A stretch of DNA of 64,000 nucleotides from Bacteroidota bacterium (lineage in GTDB: Bacteria; Bacteroidota; Bacteroidia; NS11-12g; UBA955): positions 1,962-65,961 of the forward strand of contig JAURNR010000054.1 in NCBI GenBank assembly GCA_030830065.1, read 5' to 3'. A program made the position numbers and the translations under genes. Position 1 is the first letter of the stretch; each line of letters opens with the position of its first letter. The notes under the pieces were generated by a model, which was not told the DNA's origin, did no database searches, and saw nothing but the letters and a program-made list of their open reading frames with translations. Positions 10,112 to 18,999 of the stretch are shown piece by piece.

Positions 10112-11149
10112 ATGGATAAAGCGCTAACGTCATATTCAAAAGGGAGTGGTTGTGGTTGTAAAATACAGCCTGCTGTTTTAGAGAAATTATTGGATGGATT
10201 GAGACTAGAAAACAATTCATCACCGAGCATGTTGTTGGCAAATTCTATGAATGAAGATTGCGCTGCTTTGGAATTACCGAGTGGAGAAATTTTACTTCAG
10301 ACTTTAGATTTTTTTACCCCAATGGTTAATGATGCGGGTGTTTTTGGAAAGGCGGCAGCGGCAAATGCTTTGAGTGATATTTATGCCATGGGAGGGATTC
10401 CTTTGATGGCAAATTCAATTTTTGGTTGGCCTATTGATAAAATTAGTTTAGAAATTGCAAAAGACGTTTTAAAGGGAGGAATTGATGTATGTGATTCTTT
10501 GAATGTACCATTATCTGGTGGGCACAGTATTGATAGTCAAGATCCAATCTATGGTTTAAGTGTAACAGGAATAGTAAATAAAGAGAACTTGAAGACTAAC
10601 TCAGGTGCAAAACCAGGCGATCTTATAATTCTAACTAAAGAACTAGGAATTGGTATGATGGCTGCCGCACATAAACGCGGTGTTAGTAATTCAAATCAGG
10701 ATAAAAAGTTATTTGAATTGTTGACTTCGGTTAATAGTTTGGGGGCAGACTTAGGTAAGGAGAAATCAGTTTCCTCTATGACCGATATAACGGGTTTCGG
10801 ACTTTTAGGTCACTTGATGGAAATATGCAATGCCTCAGGAGTTTCTGCGGTTTTAGATTGGAAAAAGATTCCTCATGCAATAGAGGCTGTGGAGTTAGCA
10901 AGAACCTTTGTATTGCCTGATAATGCAATGAGAAATTGGAATAGTTATGAAACAAATGCGGTTATCGAAAATAGCGATGCATTTGCTTGGGTAGTTGATC
11001 CTCAAACTAATGGTGGATTATTATTGACAGTTGATCCCAGTCAAATAGAACATGTTCTAAATATTTGCAGAATCAAGAATCCTGAATCAGCAGTAATTGG
11101 AGAGGTACATGACTCTATCCAAGTCAATAAAAAAGTAATTATAAATTAA
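10112..11149 (+). CDS. selD: Selenide, water dikinase (selenophosphate synthetase), Cys-type
   Basis: N-terminus LTSYSKGSGCGCKIQPAVLEKLL matches the SelD active-site loop (E. coli ...HGAGCGCKISPKVLE...), with Cys rather than Sec. AIR-synthase-like fold motifs follow. Confidence 0.85.
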   Translation: MDKALTSYSKGSGCGCKIQPAVLEKLLDGLRLENNSSPSMLLANSMNEDCAALELPSGEILLQTLDFFTPMVNDAGVFGKAAAANALSDIYAMGGIPLMANSIFGWPIDKISLEIAKDVLKGGIDVCDSLNVPLSGGHSIDSQDPIYGLSVTGIVNKENLKTNSGAKPGDLIILTKELGIGMMAAAHKRGVSNSNQDKKLFELLTSVNSLGADLGKEKSVSSMTDITGFGLLGHLMEICNASGVSAVLDWKKIPHAIEAVELARTFVLPDNAMRNWNSYETNAVIENSDAFAWVVDPQTNGGLLLTVDPSQIEHVLNICRIKNPESAVIGEVHDSIQVNKKVIIN

Positions 11150-11150
11150 A

Positions 11151-12131
11151 TTAGTCCTTGTAGAGTACAGACCTGCACGCTTTAACAATACGCTCAACAC
11201 TTGGAAGATAAGCATCTACAAATGTAGAAGCGTAAGGCAAAGTAGTATCCATTGAGGTTACCCTGTGTACTGGTGCATCTAGATAATCAAAAGCACGACG
11301 CTGAACCATGTGGCTTAATTCAGAACTTATCGATGCAAGTGGCCAAGCTTCCTCAACAACGATCAATCGATTAGTCTTTTTCACACTATTAATAATGGTG
11401 TCGTAGTCTATAGGTCTTACAGTTCGAAGATCTATTAGCTCTGCATCTATTCCTTCTTTTTCTAATTCTGCAAGGGCATCATGACACCGTAGCATCATTT
11501 TTCCAAACGATACTATTGTAACGTTAGATCCTTCTTTTACAACATCAGCAACTCCAATGGGAATAGTATACTCTCCTTCTGGAACCATTCCTTTGAAACC
11601 ATACATTTGCTCACTTTCCATGAAAATTACTGGATTCTCATCGCGAATTGAAGTTTTTAACAATCCTTTAGCATCTGCAGGGTTACTAGGAACAACAACC
11701 TTTAATCCAGGAGTATTTGCATACCAATTTTCAAAGTTTTGAGAGTGTTGCTGCGCTAATTGACCGGCACTACCCGTAGGACCACGAAATACCATTGGGC
11801 AAGTGAATTGTCCGTCGCTCATGGAATTCATTTTTGCGGCAGAGTTAATTACTTGGTCTATAGCAACTAATGAAAAGTTAAAAGTCATGAATTCACAAAT
11901 AGGTCTTAAACCGTTCATTGCAGCACCTACTGCTATTCCGGCAAAACCAAGTTCAGCAATTGGAGTATCAATAACTCGCTTCTCGCCAAATTCATCTAAC
12001 ATTCCTTGGCTTACCTTATATGCTCCATTATATTCAGCTACTTCTTCACCCAATAAAAATACACGCTCATCAGCACGCATTTCTTCAGACATTGCTTCTC
12101 TTAATGCTTCGCGAAATTGAAGTTCTTTCAT
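11151..12131 (-). CDS. pdhB: Pyruvate/2-oxoacid dehydrogenase E1 component, beta subunit
   Basis: 326 aa with typical E1-beta sequence (REALREAMSEEMRADERVFLLGEEVAEYNGAYKVSQGM..., transketolase pyrimidine-binding and C-terminal domains). Confidence 0.85.
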   Translation of the reverse strand: MKELQFREALREAMSEEMRADERVFLLGEEVAEYNGAYKVSQGMLDEFGEKRVIDTPIAELGFAGIAVGAAMNGLRPICEFMTFNFSLVAIDQVINSAAKMNSMSDGQFTCPMVFRGPTGSAGQLAQQHSQNFENWYANTPGLKVVVPSNPADAKGLLKTSIRDENPVIFMESEQMYGFKGMVPEGEYTIPIGVADVVKEGSNVTIVSFGKMMLRCHDALAELEKEGIDAELIDLRTVRPIDYDTIINSVKKTNRLIVVEEAWPLASISSELSHMVQRRAFDYLDAPVHRVTSMDTTLPYASTFVDAYLPSVERIVKACRSVLYKD

Positions 12132-12149
12132 GATTCTTTAAATGAAAAG

Positions 12150-12157
12150 CAAAAATA
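12150..12157 (-). promoter_or_regulatory. -7 promoter box (TATTTTTG on minus strand), 18 nt upstream of pdhB ATG
   Basis: The plus strand reads CAAAAATA, whose reverse complement matches TAnnTTTG. Confidence 0.4.
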
Positions 12158-12194
12158 AGCAAATGATAATAAAACAGAAGATTTCAATTGCTTT

Positions 12195-12764
12195 TTAAGC
12201 ATGTAATCTTTTAGACAAAATACTTTTTATGTGTTGAAATAATTGTCGGGGTCCGAGTTTTCTCCAAGTAATATCGTCTAAATCCCCACCGAAATTGATA
12301 TAATAGTCAATGCCAGAACTTTTGAACTCTTGTAGTACATGATCTCTAAAATTGATAAACGCAACCCATCCTTCCTCAACTTCTTGAAACCATTCTTCAT
12401 AGTAACTGTCGTCAGAAGCATGAAAATTCATAACATTCTCGCCGATGATGATGAATTTTTGAATTCCATTATCTAATAGAATTTCTAATACTTCTCGTTT
12501 AAATTGCATAATGTCATTGTAAAGAGCATCGTTCCACTCACCGATTAGTTCCATCACTACAAACCCATCCTGGTAATCGGCAAATATTATTTTAGTGTAT
12601 AAAGTATTACTTCCAAAATAATCCCATTGAGGATGAATTAAATAATTGTAAACGGTTTGTTCAAAATAGAACTCACTATATGTTCGGCCATAAAATGGTG
12701 AAAATTCATCCTCAGATGCATTGTACTGATGAATCCAGCCAAAGTGTGGTTCTAAATAATGCAC
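12195..12764 (-). CDS. Conserved-looking acidic cytoplasmic protein, function unknown
   Basis: 189-aa ORF with a GTG start, no signal peptide or TM segment, and no motif I recognise. Confidence 0.4.
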   Translation of the reverse strand: MHYLEPHFGWIHQYNASEDEFSPFYGRTYSEFYFEQTVYNYLIHPQWDYFGSNTLYTKIIFADYQDGFVVMELIGEWNDALYNDIMQFKREVLEILLDNGIQKFIIIGENVMNFHASDDSYYEEWFQEVEEGWVAFINFRDHVLQEFKSSGIDYYINFGGDLDDITWRKLGPRQLFQHIKSILSKRLHA

Positions 12765-12765
12765 G

Positions 12766-14325
12766 ATGCAAAGATACCTTGAAATACGCTACCTTCGTAA
12801 AGTTGTGGCTCGAACTTTTCTAAAAAATTTCTTTTGGCTTCAGGCGTTAAATTGGTTGATAAAACCAATATGGATTTTATGGATTGAAAGAACAGTTCAA
12901 GTTCAATTAGGAAATGAATGGTATGGTCAATATTTCGTTCATTTTAATTTAGGTTTACTCTTTGCGGTTTTGTTAGATGCAGGATTAAATTCATACATCT
13001 CTAAAGAAGTTGCTGCACATGGTAGATTCATTCATTTTAAAAGGATTTTAAAACTGCGATTAGGGCTAGGCAGTTTGTATGTGTTTGCGGTTGCTCTTTT
13101 CTCTTGGTTGCAAAATTTAGATGGTTTGTTGATTTTTTGGGTTATTGTAAACCAAGTTTTAGCTTCTATTACCTTATTTATTCGTTCCGTTTTACAGGGT
13201 AAACATGAGTTTTTTAAGGATAGTGTTTTAAGTGTAACCGATAGATTGGTTGCTATTGTTTTTTGCTCATATTGGTTATTTAATGCCTCTGATTTTTTTG
13301 GATTTGAAGGAATAATTTATTTTTTATTATCGCAACTCGCGGGATATATTGCTGCAATTTTATTGGGTTTGGTATTCCTTTTTCCCAAGTATGACAGATC
13401 ATTAAAAAATGAAGTTACGCCAATTGAAACTCAGAAATTAGAGTTGAAACCATGGCTCAAACAAGTAGGTTGGTTTGTATTAATGGCACTTTTTATGAGC
13501 TTTTTTACCCGGTTTGATGCTTTGTTAATACGATCTTTTTCTCCCGAAATGAACTTCTATTTGGGTCAAGAACCTGGTTTTTTCCAGGCAGGAATTTATG
13601 CTCAAGGGTACCGATTATTGGATGCGGCTTTGATTTTTAGTTTGCTCATGAGTACACAATTGCTTCCGATGTTTACAAAAAAGATTACCCAAAATGAAAA
13701 TACGAATGAACTTCTATGGGGTGTATTCCGATTGGTTTTATTGGTAGGGCTTTCTGTACTTTTATTCTCAATTACCCACGGAAAGCAAATACTATTTCAG
13801 ATGTATGGTTCTAAATGGTCGGGTGTCGTAGGTCTTGGAGCATTTTCTTATCAGGTTTATATTTTATTAATGGTTTCATTTATCCCGATGGCTTTGATTC
13901 ATATTTTTGGTACTTATGTAACTGCCGAGGGTAAGTTGAAATTTTTAACTGTAAGCGCTTTAATTGCTTTAGTTTTTAATATCGGATTGAATCTCATTTT
14001 TATTCCTAAATACGGGGCATTAGGTGCAGCTTTTTCAAGTATTTTAACCCAATTTTTATTTCTAGCTTTTTGTATATCAAAAACTATAAAGAGTGATTTT
14101 TTCGTTTGGAAGAAAGATTATAGTATTAAACTATTTGCTATCCTGTTAGGATTTATACTCTTTAGCGCACCATTAATAGTAAAAACATACGTTTTACTTT
14201 ACATCCCAGAAACATACAATGGTGAACTACTCAATCCCCAATTTATGATTAATTCCATATTTATTATTGCTTTAGCAGGAACCCTGTATTGGGTGGAAAT
14301 CAAGCGATTAGTATTGAAAAAATAA
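12766..14325 (+). CDS. Polysaccharide/oligosaccharide flippase (MOP/Wzx-like, multi-TM)
   Basis: 519 aa with about 12-14 hydrophobic helices and a Wzx/polysaccharide-biosynthesis-protein-like layout. The start is uncertain (ATG 12766 or GTG 12805). Confidence 0.65.
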   Translation: MQRYLEIRYLRKVVARTFLKNFFWLQALNWLIKPIWILWIERTVQVQLGNEWYGQYFVHFNLGLLFAVLLDAGLNSYISKEVAAHGRFIHFKRILKLRLGLGSLYVFAVALFSWLQNLDGLLIFWVIVNQVLASITLFIRSVLQGKHEFFKDSVLSVTDRLVAIVFCSYWLFNASDFFGFEGIIYFLLSQLAGYIAAILLGLVFLFPKYDRSLKNEVTPIETQKLELKPWLKQVGWFVLMALFMSFFTRFDALLIRSFSPEMNFYLGQEPGFFQAGIYAQGYRLLDAALIFSLLMSTQLLPMFTKKITQNENTNELLWGVFRLVLLVGLSVLLFSITHGKQILFQMYGSKWSGVVGLGAFSYQVYILLMVSFIPMALIHIFGTYVTAEGKLKFLTVSALIALVFNIGLNLIFIPKYGALGAAFSSILTQFLFLAFCISKTIKSDFFVWKKDYSIKLFAILLGFILFSAPLIVKTYVLLYIPETYNGELLNPQFMINSIFIIALAGTLYWVEIKRLVLKK

Positions 14326-14343
14326 TAGAAATGTGAAATTTAA

Positions 14344-15624
14344 TCAGGCATGCAGAGGGTAACCTTCGCTAAGACTTTTTACATCATTTCTAATCTCTTT
14401 GAGAATTGAGTTATTCTCTGTATTAGTTAGAGCTCTATCAATTAAATCAGCCACTATTTGCATTTCGTTTTCTTTAAATCCTCTTGTGGTTAGAGCCGGT
14501 GTACCAAGCCTTATACCACTGGTTACAAACGGACTTCTTTCCTCAAAAGGCACTGTGTTTTTATTAATCGTTATATGACATTTTCCAAGGGTTTCTTCGG
14601 CAAGCTTACCAGTAAGGTGAGCATTCTTACTGCGTAAATCAATTAACATTAAATGGTTATCAGTTCCACCAGAAATAATTGAATAACCTCTATCTGTCAT
14701 TTCATTTGCAAGTACTTGGGCATTAGTAATAACTTGTTTTCCGTAATCTTTAAATTCAGGAGATAAGGCCTCTCCAAATGCGACTGCTTTTGCAGCGATT
14801 ATGTGTTCTAGTGGACCTCCTTGAGTTCCAGGAAAAACGGCTCCATCCAGGAGAGCACTCATTTTCTTTAAGTCTCCCTTTGGAGTTTTGATACCAAACG
14901 GATTTTCGAAATCTTCACCCATCATAATTATTCCTCCTCTAGGTCCTCTTAGAGTTTTATGAGTTGTTGAGGTAACTATATGGCAATGTTTCAGTGGGTC
15001 ATTCAATAATCCTTTTGCAATTAGCCCTGATGGATGGGAAATATCGGCTAACACCAAAGCCCCGACTTCATCTGCTACTCTTCTAATTCGCTCATAGTTC
15101 CAATCTCTTGAATAGCTACTTGCTCCACAAATTATAAGTTTTGGTCTCTTTGATCTTGCCGTTTCTTCAAGGGTTTCATAATCAATTAAACCTGTATCTT
15201 GTTTCACTCCGTAGAAATGAGGTTTGTATAGCTTCCCCGAAAAGTTTACGGGTGAACCGTGTGTAAGATGTCCACCGTGGCTTAAATCGAAACCAAGAAT
15301 AGAATCACCACTGTTTAATACGCCGAGCATAACTGCTGCATTAGCTTGAGCTCCAGAATGAGGTTGTACATTAGCCCATTCTGCACCGAACAACGCTTTC
15401 AATCTGTCGATCGCAAGTTGTTCAATTTGATCGACTACTTCACAACCTCCGTAATATCGTTTTCCAGGCAATCCTTCTGCATATTTGTTTGTAAGAATAC
15501 TGCCCATTGCTCTCATCACTTGATCGCTTGCGTAGTTTTCACTAGCAATTAATTCGAATCCATTGGTTTGACGTGTTAATTCGGAATCAATTAACACAAA
15601 AATAGCCTTATCGTTAACCATCAT
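14344..15624 (-). CDS. glyA: Serine hydroxymethyltransferase
   Basis: Full-length SHMT with the PLP-lysine motif [12 protein letters not shown]. Confidence 0.95.
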   Translation of the reverse strand: MMVNDKAIFVLIDSELTRQTNGFELIASENYASDQVMRAMGSILTNKYAEGLPGKRYYGGCEVVDQIEQLAIDRLKALFGAEWANVQPHSGAQANAAVMLGVLNSGDSILGFDLSHGGHLTHGSPVNFSGKLYKPHFYGVKQDTGLIDYETLEETARSKRPKLIICGASSYSRDWNYERIRRVADEVGALVLADISHPSGLIAKGLLNDPLKHCHIVTSTTHKTLRGPRGGIIMMGEDFENPFGIKTPKGDLKKMSALLDGAVFPGTQGGPLEHIIAAKAVAFGEALSPEFKDYGKQVITNAQVLANEMTDRGYSIISGGTDNHLMLIDLRSKNAHLTGKLAEETLGKCHITINKNTVPFEERSPFVTSGIRLGTPALTTRGFKENEMQIVADLIDRALTNTENNSILKEIRNDVKSLSEGYPLHA

Positions 15625-15734
15625 AATTTACGCAATTTTAATACAAATATGGGGTTTTGCCCATTTACTACATGTTTACAAATAAAAATTGAAGATTTTT
15701 AAGGAAAAACATAGAAATTCGCTTCTTAGAAATT

Positions 15735-18233
15735 ATGGTAATTAATAAGGATTACATCAAACAAATAGGAATCTTTTTAGGATTTGTTTTAGGATTTTGG
15801 TTATTGTCTATGTGGTTTTTTCAACCCGCATTAGACGGAATGGTAATAAAACAGGGTGATATGCAGCAAGTGCGCATGATGACTTCTTCAACCGATACAA
15901 TAAAGGCCAAAACCGGCACTATTCCAGGCTGGAACGATCGATTGTTTTCAGGAATGCCAAGCAATTTAATTAGTGGAATTGAGTCTGGTAACTTACTGCA
16001 TAAGTCTCGGGTTGTTCGATTATTTGGGTTTGTAGTTCATCCATTTGATATGTTATTCATGGCAATGCTTTCCATGTTTATAATGTTGAGAGTTGTAAGG
16101 GTTAATTACTTGCTCAGCGCAGCAGGCAGTATTGCTTATGCGTTTATGGCATTTAATATATCAAGTATAGAGGCTGGGCATATTACAAAGGTTAACGCTA
16201 TGGCTATGATGCCTGCTGTAGTTGCTGGGTTATATTCGCTTTCTCGGGGTAAGCTTTTGCAGGGGGCCGTTCTTACAACTGTATTTTTTAGTCAGCTGGT
16301 TTCATTCTTTCACTACCAAATTGCATACTACATGGGCATAGTTGTAGGTGTTTTTGTTGTTGTAGAAGTCTTTAAAGCGTTTAAAGAAAAATCATGGAAA
16401 CCTTTTGCCATACAAACTGGTGTTATGGTAGGTTCAATGCTAATTGCATTAGCTCCAAGTACTTCAAAGTTGTACGATACTATGGTTTATTCGAAGCAAT
16501 CAATGAGGGGAGGTTCTGAGGTGAAGAGTGAACAACCAAAAGATGGGCCAAATATGGTTTCTAAAGGCGGCTTAGATATAAACTATGCCTTTAGTTGGAG
16601 TTATGGTATAAGTGAATCTTTTACATTATTTGTCCCACGCTTTAAAGGAGGAAGTTCCAACGAGCCAATGCCGGATAATCAGTATGGAATAGAATATTTA
16701 CAGGGTGCATATTTTGGAGATATGCCTTTTACCAGTGGACCAGTATATGTAGGAGCCGTATTGCTCTTTTTATTTATTCTTTCTGTAGTTTATGCTTTTT
16801 GGAAACGAAAAAACATGCCGGACGATTCAAAAGCAAAAAAATTCTTTTATATCGCAGTTTTTGCATTAGCAACTTTCCTTGTTTCATTGTTCCTTGCATG
16901 GGGGAAAAACTTTAGTTCATTGAACAATTTCTTATTTGAGACACTGCCTTACTATAATAAGTTCAGAACACCCATGATGACGCTGTCTATTGCTCAATTA
17001 ATAGTGCCGATTTTTGGTATTTATGGTGCATATGTTTTGATTACTGATAAATTATCTGATGAGAATATTAAAAAGTGGATTAAAACAGCGCTGATTTCAA
17101 CTGGAGTTATACTGGGAGTGACTCTTTTGGTTGCAAATAATCAAACTTTTAGTTCACCTGTTGATTCAAGAATACTAGCACAAGAAGGTGGACAATCTCA
17201 ACTTTCTGCAATTAAAGAATTGCGTGCGGATATAATGTGGGGAGATATTTGGAGAACGGTAATATTTGTTCTGTTCACATTGGCAATTGTGTATGGCGCA
17301 ATTAAGCGTCAATTGAATCAAAATATTGCATCAATTGGCATATTAATACTGGTTGTTATCGATATGTTTGGTGTAGCAAATCGTTACATTAGTGAAGAAA
17401 ACTGGCAGGAGAAAGAGCAAGAATATGCAATTCTTCCCTCAAGGTTGGACGAAGCTATTTTGGCAACCAATAAAGACAATGCTCGGGTTTACGATCTTCG
17501 AAGAGATCCCTTTAATGATAATACCCCAGCACCATTCCACAGAAATATTGGTGGGTATCATCCAGCAAAATTGAGTAGATATCAGGATATTATAAGCTAT
17601 TGCATTACTAAAAATGGTCAAGCCTTTAAAACAGAAGACATTATATATAACAACGCATTAGATATGCTCAACTGCCGTTATATACTGGCTCCGGCTAGGC
17701 AAAAAGGCCAAACGGATACTTATATTCCGAGGGAGACAGCATTGGGTGCTGCTTGGTATGTTGATTCAGTTTTTGAGGGTGGAAATTCAGCAGATGTTTT
17801 AGCTAAAATAAATTCAATAAATATTTCAAATTCTGTGGTTGTTGAATCTGCAGAAGGAAACAAGCCAGGTAAATTGGTTTATGATGTAGACAGTAATGCT
17901 GCTGTAGAAATGGTAAAGTATAATACAGATAGCATTACTTACAGTTGTAATTCCACTTATGACGGTCTGGTTGCTTTCTCAGAATTATATTACAAAGAAA
18001 AGACCGGAGAATGGAGAGTATTTATTGATGGAAAGCCAGCTACACCTTTAAGAGTTAATTACATCTTGAGGGCTGTTGAAGTTCCTACAGGTAAACATAC
18101 CGTTGTTTGGAAATATAATAGAACAGACTATTCCGGATTGAGAACTCTGGAAATGGGTTCATCAGTTATAATTTTAGGTGGATTATTACTATTTGTATTG
18201 TTGCCTTTAAGACAAAAAAGAGAAGAAGAATAA
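15735..18233 (+). CDS. YfhO-family polytopic membrane protein (putative extracytoplasmic glycosyltransferase)
   Basis: 832 aa. The N-terminal ...VIKQGDMQQ...GWNDRLFSGMPSNL region and many TM helices resemble the YfhO family. A C-terminal soluble domain and a final TM helix follow. Confidence 0.6.
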   Translation: MVINKDYIKQIGIFLGFVLGFWLLSMWFFQPALDGMVIKQGDMQQVRMMTSSTDTIKAKTGTIPGWNDRLFSGMPSNLISGIESGNLLHKSRVVRLFGFVVHPFDMLFMAMLSMFIMLRVVRVNYLLSAAGSIAYAFMAFNISSIEAGHITKVNAMAMMPAVVAGLYSLSRGKLLQGAVLTTVFFSQLVSFFHYQIAYYMGIVVGVFVVVEVFKAFKEKSWKPFAIQTGVMVGSMLIALAPSTSKLYDTMVYSKQSMRGGSEVKSEQPKDGPNMVSKGGLDINYAFSWSYGISESFTLFVPRFKGGSSNEPMPDNQYGIEYLQGAYFGDMPFTSGPVYVGAVLLFLFILSVVYAFWKRKNMPDDSKAKKFFYIAVFALATFLVSLFLAWGKNFSSLNNFLFETLPYYNKFRTPMMTLSIAQLIVPIFGIYGAYVLITDKLSDENIKKWIKTALISTGVILGVTLLVANNQTFSSPVDSRILAQEGGQSQLSAIKELRADIMWGDIWRTVIFVLFTLAIVYGAIKRQLNQNIASIGILILVVIDMFGVANRYISEENWQEKEQEYAILPSRLDEAILATNKDNARVYDLRRDPFNDNTPAPFHRNIGGYHPAKLSRYQDIISYCITKNGQAFKTEDIIYNNALDMLNCRYILAPARQKGQTDTYIPRETALGAAWYVDSVFEGGNSADVLAKINSINISNSVVVESAEGNKPGKLVYDVDSNAAVEMVKYNTDSITYSCNSTYDGLVAFSELYYKEKTGEWRVFIDGKPATPLRVNYILRAVEVPTGKHTVVWKYNRTDYSGLRTLEMGSSVIILGGLLLFVLLPLRQKREEE

Positions 18234-18983
18234 ATGCTTCTTTCGGTTATTACAATCAACTATAACAATTTCGCTGGACTAAAGCGGACACTTGCATCAA
18301 TTCCTGCAATAGAGACAGACTTATGGGAATGGATTGTGATCGACGGTGGAAGTAGTGACCGAAGTGTTGAATACTTAAAGGATTATCAGGGTAAGTTAGA
18401 TGTATCCATAATTGAGCCAGATGATGGTCTGTATGATGCAATGAATAAGGGATTTTCAAAGTCAAAAGGGAAGTTTATTTGGTTCCTCAATTCTGGAGAT
18501 ATTTTGTATGACCAATCTACTTTTAATATCATACTGGATTCAATAAAATTAAACAAGGTTGATTTTATTTATGGGGATGCTCAATACATAAATGCTGAAA
18601 ACAAACCTCTAGGATTAATGAGTAAAGTAAAACCTCAAAAATTTCCAGAAAAACTGAATAAGAGCAGTTTTCGTTTTGGTATGAGTGTTTGTCATCAAAG
18701 TATGATTGTGAGAAGAGAACTCTGTAGTCTATACTCTATGGATTATCGCTATGCTTCTGATATAGATTGGACTCTATATATTTTGGAGAAAAAACCGATA
18801 ACATTAAATCTGAATTGTGTCATTGCCGGTTTTGAAGAAGGGGGAACAAGTACACAGTCAATCCGTTTGGCGATGAGAGAACGTTTTAACATATTTGTAA
18901 ATCATTTCGGGTGGATTAATACATTGTGGTATCATTTATGGATAGTTGTCCGGAGAATTGGATTGAAGTTGAAATCAAAATAA
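18234..18983 (+). CDS. Glycosyltransferase family 2
   Basis: LSVITINYNN...WIVIDGGSSD...DDGLYDAMNKG...FLNSGD (GT-A fold, DxD-like). The ATG directly abuts the upstream TAA. Confidence 0.8.
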   Translation: MLLSVITINYNNFAGLKRTLASIPAIETDLWEWIVIDGGSSDRSVEYLKDYQGKLDVSIIEPDDGLYDAMNKGFSKSKGKFIWFLNSGDILYDQSTFNIILDSIKLNKVDFIYGDAQYINAENKPLGLMSKVKPQKFPEKLNKSSFRFGMSVCHQSMIVRRELCSLYSMDYRYASDIDWTLYILEKKPITLNLNCVIAGFEEGGTSTQSIRLAMRERFNIFVNHFGWINTLWYHLWIVVRRIGLKLKSK

Positions 18984-18999
18984 AGAATAATTTTAATAT

